From the NCBI RefSeq assembly GCF_006345805.1, contig NC_043004.1:22072001-22136000 (forward strand): 64,000 nucleotides of DNA, written 5' to 3'. Under the pieces are notes generated by a model that saw only the letters and a program-made list of their open reading frames with translations, ran no database searches and was not told the origin of the DNA. The stretch is from Octopus sinensis. Its lineage: Eukaryota. Below are positions 1 through 13,265 of the stretch, one piece after another; the first letter of the stretch is position 1, and every line of letters begins with the position of its first letter. The position numbers and the translations under genes are program-made.

Positions 1-2833
1 TCTATTTCTTGTATTCAACGATCGAAAGGATGAAAACTACAACTCGTACTGTGATTCCCGACAGGTTTGGATCGTTTTTTAAGCATCTCGAAGGATGACA
101 ATCACACACATACACACACAAATACACACACATACACATACATACATACATACATGCATACATACATACGTACGTATATGCATGTGTGTTAATGTGCGTT
201 TGTGTGTGCGTGTGTGTTTGTATAAGCACTTGACATTGATCTGGTTAAGGGGTATATATGAATAAATGTTTGCCAGGTAAAATTTTTAAAGTTTGCCTCT
301 CTGAACTATAAATTGACATTATGAGCTAATGAGTGTCAACAGTATATGATTACCACTGTACCTAACCAGGAAGCTGCAAAAATATATTATTGTAATACAT
401 CATTGGAAAAGTAGACGAGAATTTAGATAAGTATTAAGTATGGAGGAAAGATAACAATAGATGCTAAACGGATTAATCACTCTTACTTCGTCCAGAAGTT
501 TGTCTTTGTATTATATAGAATTACGCTCATACACCCATTGGAAAAGACGGGAATGTTTATTTTGAGAGAAAATTAAGGTGAACAGAAGCTCAGTGACTAT
601 AAACAGCTTAGTACAATAGAGAAAAAGAAGACTAATCGGGTGCTCACTGATACACATGCATTGTATTGATAAGCTTTCGAAGTAACAGGATGAATTTACA
701 TTTAAGAATGTGCATCGATATTATTCGCATGTAAACTACTGGAACGAAACAAAAATTGTTATAAGTATCAGGAGAATTCGAAAAACTTGTACTATTTACA
801 GAGATAAGTCAGTTGGCTTGTTACTATATTCCATCTCAAATTGGTGCTAGAATATTCTATGGTTCGATTTAATAATAAACTTTTTCTTGATTTATTAATA
901 ATATTTAGAAGATCAGCCTTATTTCTGTGTTTGTATTGACAGTCGTACATTAGGCAAATCGTATATATGAAAGATTGACCATAAATCTGCAAAAGAAATA
1001 CGTGAACTAGCCAAATAAAAAGAGCTGATTTTAGATATAAACAGAATGTCCGTATTGAAACTGAAACAATGTCCAAAATGGGAATGGCAATGGAGGTGCA
1101 GATACATAGAATGAAAGAATGACAGAGATTATCAATAGTAGGCAGCGAGTATGATTTGGTGGATTGTACTACGCTTAGTCAAGAGCAGACGCTAATATCC
1201 TCACGTACCGCCGAAACCTTCATGATGTGACGGCTAAATGAAATGAATACTCCACAAGGAGACGAATGTAATTTAATACTGAATAACAATGTACTAACAG
1301 TTGTTGATAAATTACGAATAATGGTAGGCGGATAATTTGAGACAACACTCATGTATTGCAAGTTTTCATCGGCTCCTTTAAATGGTAAATATTTATTTGT
1401 TTCTTTTTCCTTTTAAGCTTATGTCTGAAATATATGTGCATATTTATTTCAACTCTGAGGTTTAAGTTCAAGTCTGAAAATTACTTTCAGCAATACTTTC
1501 CTAAGCTATCTGCTTGATGAAATAAATCGAACATCTACTCGATATAGACACATTTGAATATATTAATCTTGTTTGACAATGTAAAATAAATGTCCTATGT
1601 TCACAGATTTTTGCTTAACACTTTTATCATCTGGCTATAATTGTATCACACAATCAAGCTCCAGGAGCAAAATATATGTAGTTTGACACTATCAAAATGT
1701 CCAAGTTCCACTGGCCAGTTTTAGTTTACCACATGAAAACTAAAGTGAGAGAAAGGCTGCAGCTGCGCAGCCAATGTACCAAGAAACTTAAATTCAGCAA
1801 TTGAGAATGAGATATTCATACCTAAAAGTCATTTTGAAATTACCTTTTATTTCTCTTCGGTCTTCGCAGGACAGAGGATACAGACGCGTCCTTCACCAAC
1901 AAAAGTTTAAGCAATATAGAGCAAATTTTTTTATTAATACTTACAGCTTCAATTACCTATGCTGAGTTCATATTTCTTTTGTTTATTCTTTTGTAGTCAA
2001 TAATTACGAGAGCCACAGAATCGATTATTTTCATGTTAATGTAACAATCGATTTATCGCTTCCCGCTAGCAAATCATATTTACTTTTTCGTCTACAGAAG
2101 AATGAAATGTAATGTAGACTAATCTTAAAATTACTGCAAGGTATTTTAGCCGATACTCAACCGAATCTGACAGACTAATAACTTCAATATAAATAGTTAA
2201 GAATCGCTGTAAAGCGCAAGTTGAAGATAGCAGTTTTTTACGTGATTGGTGGTAATATATAAATGCTGAGAATGCTGGTCATTTTAAGAAACTAAAACGT
2301 AATCTAGGAATTTAAGGAAGGAAAAATATTGGTTTTAACTTATTTTTAAAACGCAACATTCTATCAAAGTACGCATGTAGGACTTGTACTTCAAATACTG
2401 TTGATAATTATTTCGATAATAGCCTAGCTATAGGATAAAAATCCTGACTGTTCATTATGACCTCCTTATTTCCTGCAATTTATAGATACATCATTATATA
2501 CTTGCTCATTCCACAGTATGTATTAATAAGCACGGTCTTTAGACTGTGTGTAAAATTCAGTTTTCCTAAATTTTCGTGTAAGACTATTATCTCTAGAAGT
2601 TTCAGATAGTCCTTTTTGCGGTGACATAATCATCTGTACAACAACCTATTGCAGATATATTCTCGTATAAATGATGAAGAAATGTTGACTAAATGTTGTT
2701 TTACATTGTTATATTTTATTATATATATATTGTTGCTTAGTTGAAGTTCAGTTCTGCTCGATAAGAAACTTTGTCAAAGGAATTCTAGCTATGACTAATC
2801 CAACATCTTTGTACCAGGTATAATATTATGAGA

Positions 2834-3097
2834 GTGGTGCCGCGTGGCTTAGTGGTTAGGGTGTCAGCATCATGATCGTAAGATTGTGGTTTCGACACCT
2901 GGACCGGGCGACGCGTTGTGTTCTTGAGAAAAACACTTCATTTCACGTTGCTCCAGCCCACTCAGCTGCTAAATATTAGTAACGCTGTGATGGACTGGCG
3001 TCACGTCCAGCTGGGGAGCACATACGCCACAGAAGCCGGGAAACCGGGTCCATGAGCCTGGCTAGGCTGTAAAAAGGGTGCATTTATATTTATTTAT
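2834..3097 (+). mobile_element. Full-length tRNA-derived SINE with 15-bp target-site duplication
   Basis: A-box TGGCTTAGTGG, B-box-like GGTTTCGACACC, CORE-like TGTGTTCTTGAGAAAAACACTT, TTTA-type tail; identical flanks TATAATATTATGAGA at 2819-2833 and 3098-3112. Confidence 0.9.
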
Positions 3098-3305
3098 TAT
3101 AATATTATGAGAACCAATGTGATTGTCATTTTCTTAGAATGTAGAGTTCGATGTTTTGGAGGCCTAGCTGTTTTTTCTTGCATACTCAGTGACCAACACT
3201 ATGGTCCGTCGTTCGTGCTGATACATATGAGTGTGTGTGTGCTCCCGCACTTATACGCAAATGTGTGTGCACGTATGGTAGTATGTATGTGCGTTTGTAT
3301 GTATG

Positions 3306-3380
3306 CATATATATATATATATAGATATAGATAGATAGATAGATAGACAGACATATATATAGACAGACAGACAGACAGAC

Positions 3381-3443
<63 letters not shown>
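3306..3443. repeat. (TA)n/(GATA)n/(GACA)n microsatellite
   Basis: Directly visible. Confidence 0.97.
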
Positions 3444-3444
3444 T

Positions 3445-4272
<828 letters not shown>

Positions 4273-4919
4273 ATATAACTTTGCCCCTGTCAGTGAGTGT
4301 ATACATTTATGCACATAACTTTATCATATCTATCATATTTAAGTCAGTTAAATGCATTTTGAAAAGTATTTTGAATCTGTAATACTAAATTTTTATATAA
4401 TATAACACTCACCCGTAAATCACTAACGTTCTTGTATTTAATTCAAAGTTTGAAGTTAGTCCTAATTTGAAGAAAGGCTGCATTTCTGCCATCTGTATTT
4501 CAGACCAATAGATATATTCTATGGAAACTAGACAAAACTGGCGACTTTCCAAATCGTTTATTCTTTTGTCTTTCATTGGCAAAATTTCTACTGTTATGTC
4601 CCGGTATTTTTAGCCTTAGGATCTTTGAAGTCGTTGTAAATAAGTATTATGTTTATAGGTGAAGAATCTTCTTTTGGCTGTATTTTATACAATTATCAGA
4701 GACACTATTGAGTTTTTTTTTTTGGTATTATTTTGTACTTCCTTTTATTGAGTAAACAACGGAATACACACTGCCTGAAGTGTTATGGATACAGCTACTC
4801 AACCAGGATATCAGGTATCGCACCTGATATCGAATACACTACAGAGCTGTGCGAATGAAAAGTTTGGACGTTTCATAAATTTAAACGTCTTTAGTAATTT
4901 TAATATTATTATTTCGAAA

Positions 4920-5292
4920 GGGGGCGAGGTGGCAGAAATGTTAGCATGCCGGGCGAAATGCTTAGCAGTATTTCGTCTGCTGTTACGTTCTGAGTTCAAA
5001 TTCTGCCGAGGTCGACTTTGCCTTTCATCGTTTCGGAGTCGATTAAATAAGTACCAGTTACACACTGGGATCGATATAATCAACTTAATCCGTTTATCTG
5101 TCCTTGCTTGTCCCCTCTGTGTGTAGCCCCTTGTGTGCAGTAAAGAAATAGGTATTTCGTCTGTCTTATGTTCTGGGTTCAAATTCCGCTGAAATCGACT
5201 TAGCCTTTCATCCTTTCTGGGTCGATAATTTAAGTACCAGTCGCGTACTGGGGTGGATCTAATTTCTGGCCTTGTGCCTAGAGTAGAAAATA
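4920..5292 (+). mobile_element. SINE family B (tRNA-like head, Nin/Deu-like domain) with two internal units
   Basis: Head GGCGAGGTGGCAGAAATGTTAGCA; domain GCCGAGGTCGACTTTGCCTTTCATC...AAGTACCAG occurs twice; ends CCTAGAGTAGAAAA. Confidence 0.85.
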
Positions 5293-5309
5293 ATGTCAAT
5301 ATTTCGTGA

Positions 5310-5897
5310 GGCGGCGAGCTGGCAGAATCGTTAGCATGCCGGGCGAAATGCGTAGCCGTATGTCATCTGCCGCTACGTTCTGAGTTCACATTCCGCCGAG
5401 GTCGACTTTGCCTTTCATCCTTTCGGGGTCGATAAATTAAGTACCAGTTACGCACTGGGGTCGATGTAATCGACTTAATCCGTTTGTCTATCCTTGTTTG
5501 TCCCCTCTGTGTCCCTTTGTGGGTAGTAAAGAAATAGGTATTTCATCTGCCGTTATGTTCTGAGTTCAAATTCTGCCGAGGTCGACTTTGCCTTTCATCC
5601 TTTCGGGGTCGATTAAATAAATACCAGTTACGCGCTGGGGTCGATATAATTGACTTAATCCGTTTGTCTGTCCTTGTTTGTCCCTTCTGTGTTTAGCCCC
5701 TTGTGGGTAGTAAAGAAATAGAAATAGGTATTTCGTCTGTCTTTACGTTCTGAGTTCAAATCCCGCCAAGGTCGACTTTGAATTTCATCCTTTCGGGGTC
5801 GATAATTTAAGTACCTGTTGCGAATTGGGTTCGATGAAATCGACTAGCCCCCTCCCCTAAAATTTCGGAGCTTGTGCCTAGAGTAGAAAAGAATATT
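5310..5897 (+). mobile_element. SINE family B with three ~180-bp internal units
   Basis: Head GGCGGCGAGCTGGCAGAATCGTTAGCA; GCCGAGGTCGACTTTG recurs near 5395, 5576 and 5765. Confidence 0.88.
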
Positions 5898-7983
5898 ATC
5901 ATTTCGTCTCAGGTTAGCATCCGCAACCTCTTCCAGGAAATCTATGATTAAATATATTCGAATCATCATCACTCATCCATTTATTTAGTCTTACTATCTC
6001 TAAAACTATGCTATCCAATGAGATTTGATGCTTGTTGCTGGTAGTTCGAGCAGATCGTATTCCAGGTTGATGTCTGCTGCTAAGTAGAACAGTTAATACG
6101 TAAAAATATATAAATATACCAGAATCACGTGTCTTATTAGATATATTAAAAAATTCATTCCGAAATACATATATCACAAAAGTCTTAAAATATGATATAA
6201 AAATAGTACAATACAAACAACATTGATTTGCGTAGCTTTAAGCTACGCATATCTATGTCTTAGCAGCAAATTTTTTATCAGTATTATTAGAACTGAGAAG
6301 TAATCTTTCAAAGTAGCCCCATAGTCGTTTGGCTATATCCCAGTGTGTGGGTGGTATTAATTTTAACTAATTTTAACATCACATATTAATATTATTTCAT
6401 AATATTTCTTGATAAGGTTTAAAGTATCATTTTGACACCACAGTGTATTCTGGTATCTAATGTCAGTATATAAATAGGCACGAATTTTGTCTAGCTCTCA
6501 AATTATTTATGCTAAGCTATTCTACATTCATATTATCTTAGTTTCTGACTGTCACCGTGAAATATGTGTATGGTTGTGCATATGAAGTACGTAATAAGAA
6601 ATTCAAAATATATATCCAGTAATTAATACCAAGAGGTACTTAGTATATAATTGGATCGTCTTGAAAATTTGCTGTTGACTGTGTGATTCAGTAGTTCTAA
6701 TGAGGTATAGTATGTCCATAGCTTTACTGATTTTAGATGTTTTCTTTAACTTTCCTCAATGAATATTTCAAAAGCATTAGGTAGTAATTCTCAGTTAGAC
6801 AGGCTCTAACCTTCGTAACCATTGTTTCGAATAAAACTTTGACACGAAATAAACTACTAAGATACGAGCGGAATATGTTTAAGCTCGGGGAATGTACGTA
6901 TAAGTTTGTTTCTCTTCCCATGTTCTTCTTTTAAATGAAACTGAGTAGCAATGTTCACAGCAAAGGAATATTATAAAGCCTATACGATAATAGTACATAG
7001 TTAACTTGAAATATAAACATGCGGGTGAACGAATCTGTGTGTGTGTGTAAGGAATATCGAATTGACATCTGTATCTTAAAATATACGCAATTCCCTGCGT
7101 CGTCAATTACACACAAACATTGAAACATTAAGGTAATAGAACAATTTGGAAAATAGTATAAAGACAACTTTGCGTGTATTAATAAACCTAACCACATTAT
7201 ATTACAGAAATATTCACAAGGGTAAACGATCACAGTAAAATTAAAATTTTGAATCGAAAGTTGTTGCATTAATATTCTTCACGAATCTTTAAGCTATATA
7301 GTAGCTACACCAAGGGATTGAAACAATATTACATTACAAACGAAGTGGGTAGTTCTTCATTTTACATGACAGTGCGCAATTAATCTAAGTGCAGGTCTTA
7401 TAACTCACACTTTCGCTAAGTCACTGAGACATATACAATTAACGAAACCACTTTCAAATTCACTACAATCTTCACCCAGTAAGAACAACAATAATATACT
7501 TATAGTTTTGATAGGATTACTATTTGGATTATCAGCATATCCACTGATACATTCCAAATTACAGAAAGATAAAGATAATTACAAATGACAAAAATTGTTG
7601 CATTAATAGCACACACTTCATTTACTTAGCATATGTGACGCATTTAAAATATAGCGTATGAAAGAAATTTCTTAACTTCATATATTTGAAACCACGTACA
7701 GGTTTTTGATAGAAATACGAAATATTATCCAAGTTAAAAGTTAATAACATACATATGAAACAGCATTAGATCAAAATACGAGTGTGCACATCTGTACTGT
7801 TAGACGTGGAGCAGTACTGACTATTATTTTCAAGAAATGCTATTGAACAAAAATTTTCTTTAAACTCAAACTTGAAATGACCTTCTAGATGTCAAAGTAC
7901 TTCTATCTATCTGTCTGTTAGTATATATCCCCTCCTTGTGTATATGTACCATACTTATGTGTTATATAAAACAAAGATACTTT

Positions 7984-8283
7984 ACAGTTCTATATTTAAG
8001 AGATGCAGAATTATGTACATTATTTACATTATATACATTTGATGGATAAATGTCCTTATTTTGTTTGTTGTTAACACCATGGGCCTATGGCGTAGTGGTT
8101 AAGAGTTCGATTCCAAGCAGTGACCTGAAAATAATAATAGTAATAATAATAACATCGAAAAATAACTTAGGGATGAGAACCCATGTTCGAAATTTTCCCA
8201 AGACACCTGATGAAACCGAAACGTTGTGTTAACAACTAACATGATTACGACAAATATCCTTCAAATGTAAATAATGTAAATAA
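7984..8283 (+). mobile_element. tRNA-headed element carrying a minimal hammerhead motif, with an inverted duplicated tail
   Basis: A-box TGGCGTAGTGG (8088-8098), B-box GAGTTCGATTCC (8103-8114), GACAC-CTGATGA-aacc-GAAAC-GTT-GTGTT (8202-8230); 8011-8077 is an imperfect inverted copy of 8226-8283. Confidence 0.75.
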
Positions 8284-8539
8284 AGTTATTTTACTCCATA
8301 CGGGTAGAAATACAGAACGAAAGAAAATTTATAAATGCACTGGGATTCTTTTCGATTTTATATTTAGAAAATTTTAAAAACATGTCGCACATATTTCTCT
8401 CATTTTCAAAAGTTGAGATAGAAAGATGTGGAGCTATGCTGCAACAATCTCACTATTGATTAGATTTCAAAAATTCCATTGTTTTTATAACAGAGGACAT
8501 GGCTCTATTAGTTTTAGAATTTACCTTCTGTGTTGAAAA

Positions 8540-8672
8540 TGTCGCCGAGATCGACTTTGCCTTTCATCATTTAAAGGTCGATAAAACAAGGACCACTTGA
8601 CCACTGGGGTCGACGTCATCGACTTAACACTACCCGAAAGGGTTGGTCTTGGTCTTGTGCCAAAATTTGAAA
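8540..8672 (+). mobile_element. SINE family B fragment
   Basis: GCCGAGATCGACTTTGCCTTTCATC...GTCGATAAA...CACTGGGGTCGAC. Confidence 0.75.
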
Positions 8673-9481
8673 CGAATATTACAAATAACGAAATGTAACT
8701 TAATTCATTCTAATATCTTGAATAAAATATTTATTCACTGGATATATTTATATACAAAAAGAATTTTTCGTTTTTACATTAACAATATTTTTTAAACACA
8801 CACACACTGAGACACACACACATATATATATATATATTATATATATATATATATATTATATATATATATAAAATATAATATAACTTTATATATAATATCC
8901 CTATCTAATAATGTAGATTTGTCTTCGAAATATGAGCAAATGTATAGCTGAAGGGCTTTCAATATTTTCAGAAATAATTGTTTAGGAAAATACATTCCTA
9001 TTCATAAGTAGTAGGCTACGTTTTATACAGAATCAGTTTTAGAGATAAGTGTCAGTACAGTATCAGATTGCAGAAGATATTTGAAAAACAATGCCACTCG
9101 ACACTTATTTGGAAAAATATCTAATCATTGAGATAATAAAACACATAGTAATTTAATCTCATGAGTTTTTACTAATTGGTAAATGACGCTGATGAAAAAT
9201 AGAAAAATCACTTCTTAAATGTTATTTTTGGTAATGGAAGCCGTTTCGATGATGAAATTATCATGGATATAAGAGAGAGTAAGACGTATATGAAGAAATT
9301 ATATACGGAGACTAAGGGTTTTAAGAAAAGTGGCTATTATTCAAATTTATAGTTACGAAGGGAAGATTATCACCTGAATACATATACTGATATAACCAAC
9401 GAAGAACGCGTCACATAAACTAAGCTCCTTCTCACACCCCTAGCATATTAGAAATATATTCGCTTGTCATACATATATCAC

Positions 9482-9526
<45 letters not shown>

Positions 9527-9670
9527 ATTTGAGTAGTTGAATGAATTATCTTATTATGGATAATTCGGTTAACCGATACCTGGGTAGCAAATTCACGTCA
9601 GAAAAACACGGTTGGAGCTACATGCCAAGGGCAGAGATCACGTGCTTTCGTGTGGAAATTTGTGTTTTTT
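9527..9670 (-). repeat. Dispersed ~140-bp (TA)n-flanked repeat; inverse copy at 22797-22923
   Basis: GAGTAGTTGAATGAATTATCTT...TTCGGTTAACCGATACCTGGGTAGCAAATTCAC is the reverse complement of ~22855-22920. Confidence 0.85.
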
Positions 9671-9687
9671 TTATTTATATATATATA

Positions 9688-10011
9688 GGCGCAGGAGTGG
9701 CTGTGTGGTAAGTAGCTGGCTAACCAACCACATGCTTCCGAGTTAAGTCCCACTGCGTGGCATCTTGGGGAAGTGTCTTCAGATATAGCCTCGGGCCGAC
9801 CAAAGCCTTGTGAGTGGATTTGGTAGACGGAAACTGAAAGAAGCCTGTCGTATATATGTATATATATATATATGTGCATGTGTGTGTATATGTTTGTGTG
9901 TCTGTGTTTGTCCCTCTAGCATTGCTTGACAACCGATGCTGGTGTGTTTACGTCCCCGTCACTTGGCGGTTCGGCAAAAGAGACCGATAGAATAAGTACT
10001 GGGCTTACAAA

Positions 10012-10015
<4 letters not shown>
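9688..10015 (+). mobile_element. SINE family A (tRNA head, CORE-like segment, internal TA/TG tract), 3'-truncated
   Basis: GGCGCAGGAGTGGCTGTGTGGTAAG...; near-identical copies at 29993, 45384 and 63772; resembles octopus OR-type SINEs (from memory). Confidence 0.9.
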
Positions 10016-10052
<37 letters not shown>

Positions 10053-10598
10053 ACTATAAGAGAGAATCCACTATGTGGACGCTCTTACGCTAGATATAGA
10101 TCCGCAAAGGGAATCCACCACTAAGAATTGTTCTCAAGAAATAATTCAACACACCAAGAACGTAAGCGAGCAGGACAAATGAAAAATAACGAAAATATAT
10201 AGATTAACCCCATACAATTGTTTCATCGTTAATAAATTATGTAATTTTACTTACATAAATATCTTCGAATCTTCGGTAAAGTACGTCAAAAATATAATTT
10301 GTCGAACTGCACGTCAAATATCAACACGAGGCTAGAGAGAGCCGAACAGTTCGGCCGATTATATTCAGTTACATTCAAATGCGCTTGTTCTGGCGCGCTA
10401 AATTACCGGATATAAATACTGCATAAGTAATTTACTGCCGGTTTGAGAACATATTAATTTAAAATTAAAGTCAAAATAAGGGTGAAAAAATTGGATATTA
10501 ATTTAATAACACCAATTTAAACACCAAGTGGCCTAGCGTATAAAAGACTGAGATTCATAACTATAAGAGAGAATCCACTATGTGGACGCTCTTACGCT
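10053..10598 (-). mobile_element. ~508-bp unit plus partial second unit (PLE pLTR/retrozyme-like) with degenerate hammerhead
   Basis: 38-bp direct repeat CTATAAGAGAGAATCCACTATGTGGACGCTCTTACGCT at 10053 and 10561; (TA)n on both sides; minus-strand CCGAAGA...GAAAC-aatt-GTA at 10206-10282; homologous to 26820-27142. Confidence 0.75.
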
Positions 10599-10602
10599 TG
10601 AC

Positions 10603-10672
<70 letters not shown>

Positions 10673-12164
10673 GCAGAAGTATGTATATGTAAATAGATAA
10701 AGTGAATGGAGAGGAAACTATCTATCTTCATATCTTGCATCATCTGTAGACGTCAAGATCACCAAAACAGCTTCCCCAACATCAAATCGAATATCAAATT
10801 CAGATCTCTTTCATACTAGGAGTTTCCGGCTAACCATACTCCAATGAACCTCAGCATCCATCAATATGAAGAATGAACTATGTTATTGCTTCCATAAGAT
10901 GTTGGTTCTGCTAATGAACTTCAAACCACTGACAGCTGACAACACACGTACACCACCTTAGACCTTCCTGTGCCTATGCCGCACTCAAAGGTTTAAGTAT
11001 TTAATTCCTGCCACTCACATAGACGACAGCCAATGTTGGTCATGCAAAGCCAAACGTAATCCAACATTATCAAATTTGGTAACTCAAGCACGAAGTCCAC
11101 TGTTGTTAATGTTATACTCCAATAATCGGTAAGTGAGGAACTGACGCAAGACAACATCGCTCGTCTCATACACCGAATTGATGTTGTTCAGCGCACTATA
11201 CCACAGTCACACGCCAACATGCCTCTACAATATTTCCAACATCGAGTTAAACATAGTTTCTATTATAGCTTACAGCTGCTACAAATGCAAATACAAATCG
11301 AAATTGAGGGAGTGAAACAGGTAAAATGCATGCCCAATATGTTTTTGTTTTAGCTAGCTGAAGCTCATGCTGTAATAGTTATGCAACAATCTATACTCAA
11401 CATGGTTAATCATGAAGCTGAGATTACCTTTATGAAATGAAGTTTATATTGTCGCTCGAAACTTCACTGCAGTAGTGCGTTATCTGAGTAGAGATGTCTA
11501 GAAAAAAAAAGTGCGAGTGGACTAGTGGCCATGACAAAATTTGACGACTGCTAATATATATGTATGCCTATATATATGAAATTTGTTTGCAAGACTCCTG
11601 ATGTGAGACTGTGTTGAAACAGATATTGTATTTCGGGATGGTCATTTCTTCTATTTTTTTTTTCAAATACAATATCAGTACTATCAGCGAATTAAGAAGT
11701 TTTTAACGTACACGTACCGTATTGAGATGCTGCATTGGCTAGGGCCGGATATACAGAACTCATATATGTGTAGGAGTTTTATTATTTATATTTTTTCGTC
11801 CAAAATCTTTGTTGCTCTTGCAACCTTATCAATGGATATTGACTCTGTCAATCATTGAAGGTCCGTTCGGCTTATCTGTTTGTGCGCATGTGTATGCGTC
11901 AGTGTGCATGGTCTTTTGTGCATGTATATCCAGTATATGTGTATTGTGTATTTGTGTGTGTTCTGCTGTCTCCTCTCTATGCGTGTTTGATTGTGTCTAG
12001 GTGTATAGCTTGCTGATACGTAGTAACACAAATCCATATAAATATACACTCAAACACGCTCACACAGGAGACGGAGGTGCACTCATAAAAACACGCACAC
12101 ACATAGAAACATACAAATACGCACACACAAACACATAGAAGCATACAAATACGCAAGGACAATC

Positions 12165-13265
12165 CGAACAGGCGTTGCAAAGAGTGACCGGCAGAGCGAA
12201 AATGGCGCGAGACCAGGGTGTCATTGCCGATTCGGATGTCTCGGAGGTATTCCGCGAACCGGTCTGCCAAACGACGTTCTGTTTGCCCGATGTATAGAGA
12301 AGGGCAGAGAGCAGGTGATGCAGTAAATGACATTGATAAAAGTGCAGGTGAAGGAGTCGGTGATGTGATACGGTCGATGATAAGTGCCAGTGAGGAGGGT
12401 GGTGTTGGAGAGGTAAGGGCAAGTGCGACAACGTGAGCGAGCGCGGGGGAATGAGACGGGTTGGGAGGTTGGGTTAGGGAAGATGTTCGAAGTGAAGGGA
12501 TCGGACTGAAATCACCGGAAGGCTCGGAGAATGAGGCGTTGGAGAGGAAGGGTGGTGGAGTTGTAGGTGAGGGGAACGGAACGTGGGAGACGCCGGTGTG
12601 GGTTCGGAGGGAGAGAGCAGATGAACGTGCTTTTGCAAGGGTGGTGTAGATAGTAGTGAGGGGATATCCATGTAGGATGAATTGGCGAGCCATGAGTGGA
12701 GACTGAGTCTCAGTCATGGTCGTCACTACAGAGCATGAATAGACGAGGAATTAGGAATAGGGGATGGAAAGCTTGGTGTGTTTAGGGTGGGAGGAATAGA
12801 AGTTGAGGTAAGAGTATGAGTCTGTGTGTTTGTAGTGGATGGAGGTGGTGAGAGTGGAGTGATGAATGCTGAACGAAATGTCAAGAAAAGAGATAGGTGT
12901 CAGAGATAGTGCAGGAGAAGTGGAGGGCAGGATGGAAGAATTTGATAAAAGAGAGGAAGGAGTCTAGATGTTCGCAGAAAAGTGAGGTCGCACCCATACA
13001 ATCGTCAATATAACGACCATATAGTTCGGGAGTGGGACCAGTGAAACTTGAGAATATTTGGGCCTCAACATAGCCAACGAACAGGTTCGCATAGTTGGGG
13101 CCCATTCTCGCTGCCATGGCCACTCCCGAAACCTACTAGTAGAAATCAACAGCGAACGAGAAGCTGTTGGATGAGAGGACAATTTCGGCTCGACGAACGA
13201 GTGTGGAATTGTCGGGTTGGGGGTTGAATCGAAGGTCAAGGAAATGTTGGAGTGCACGCAGCCCC
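12165..13265 (-). mobile_element. Penelope-like element, frameshifted RT and GIY-YIG endonuclease, 5'-truncated
   Basis: AMAARMGPNYANLFVGYVE...YGRYIDD (PLE RT motifs) followed by LYIGQTERRLADRFAEYLRDIR...VSRHF (GIY-YIG). Confidence 0.92.

Noticed and set aside
2834-2910. tRNA-like sequences at SINE heads (also 8081, 9688, 29993, 54825)
   Set aside because: No complete cloverleaf; they are SINE promoter regions, not tRNA genes
4920-5897. Regularly spaced conserved motif suggestive of a CRISPR array
   Set aside because: Whole ~180-bp units repeat, spacers are not unique, and the context is eukaryotic
11595-11680. CTGATGT...GAAAC plus 12-bp inverted repeat GATATTGTATTT/AAATACAATATC
   Set aside because: Core and stems do not fit a hammerhead; AT-rich short inverted repeat of unclear meaning
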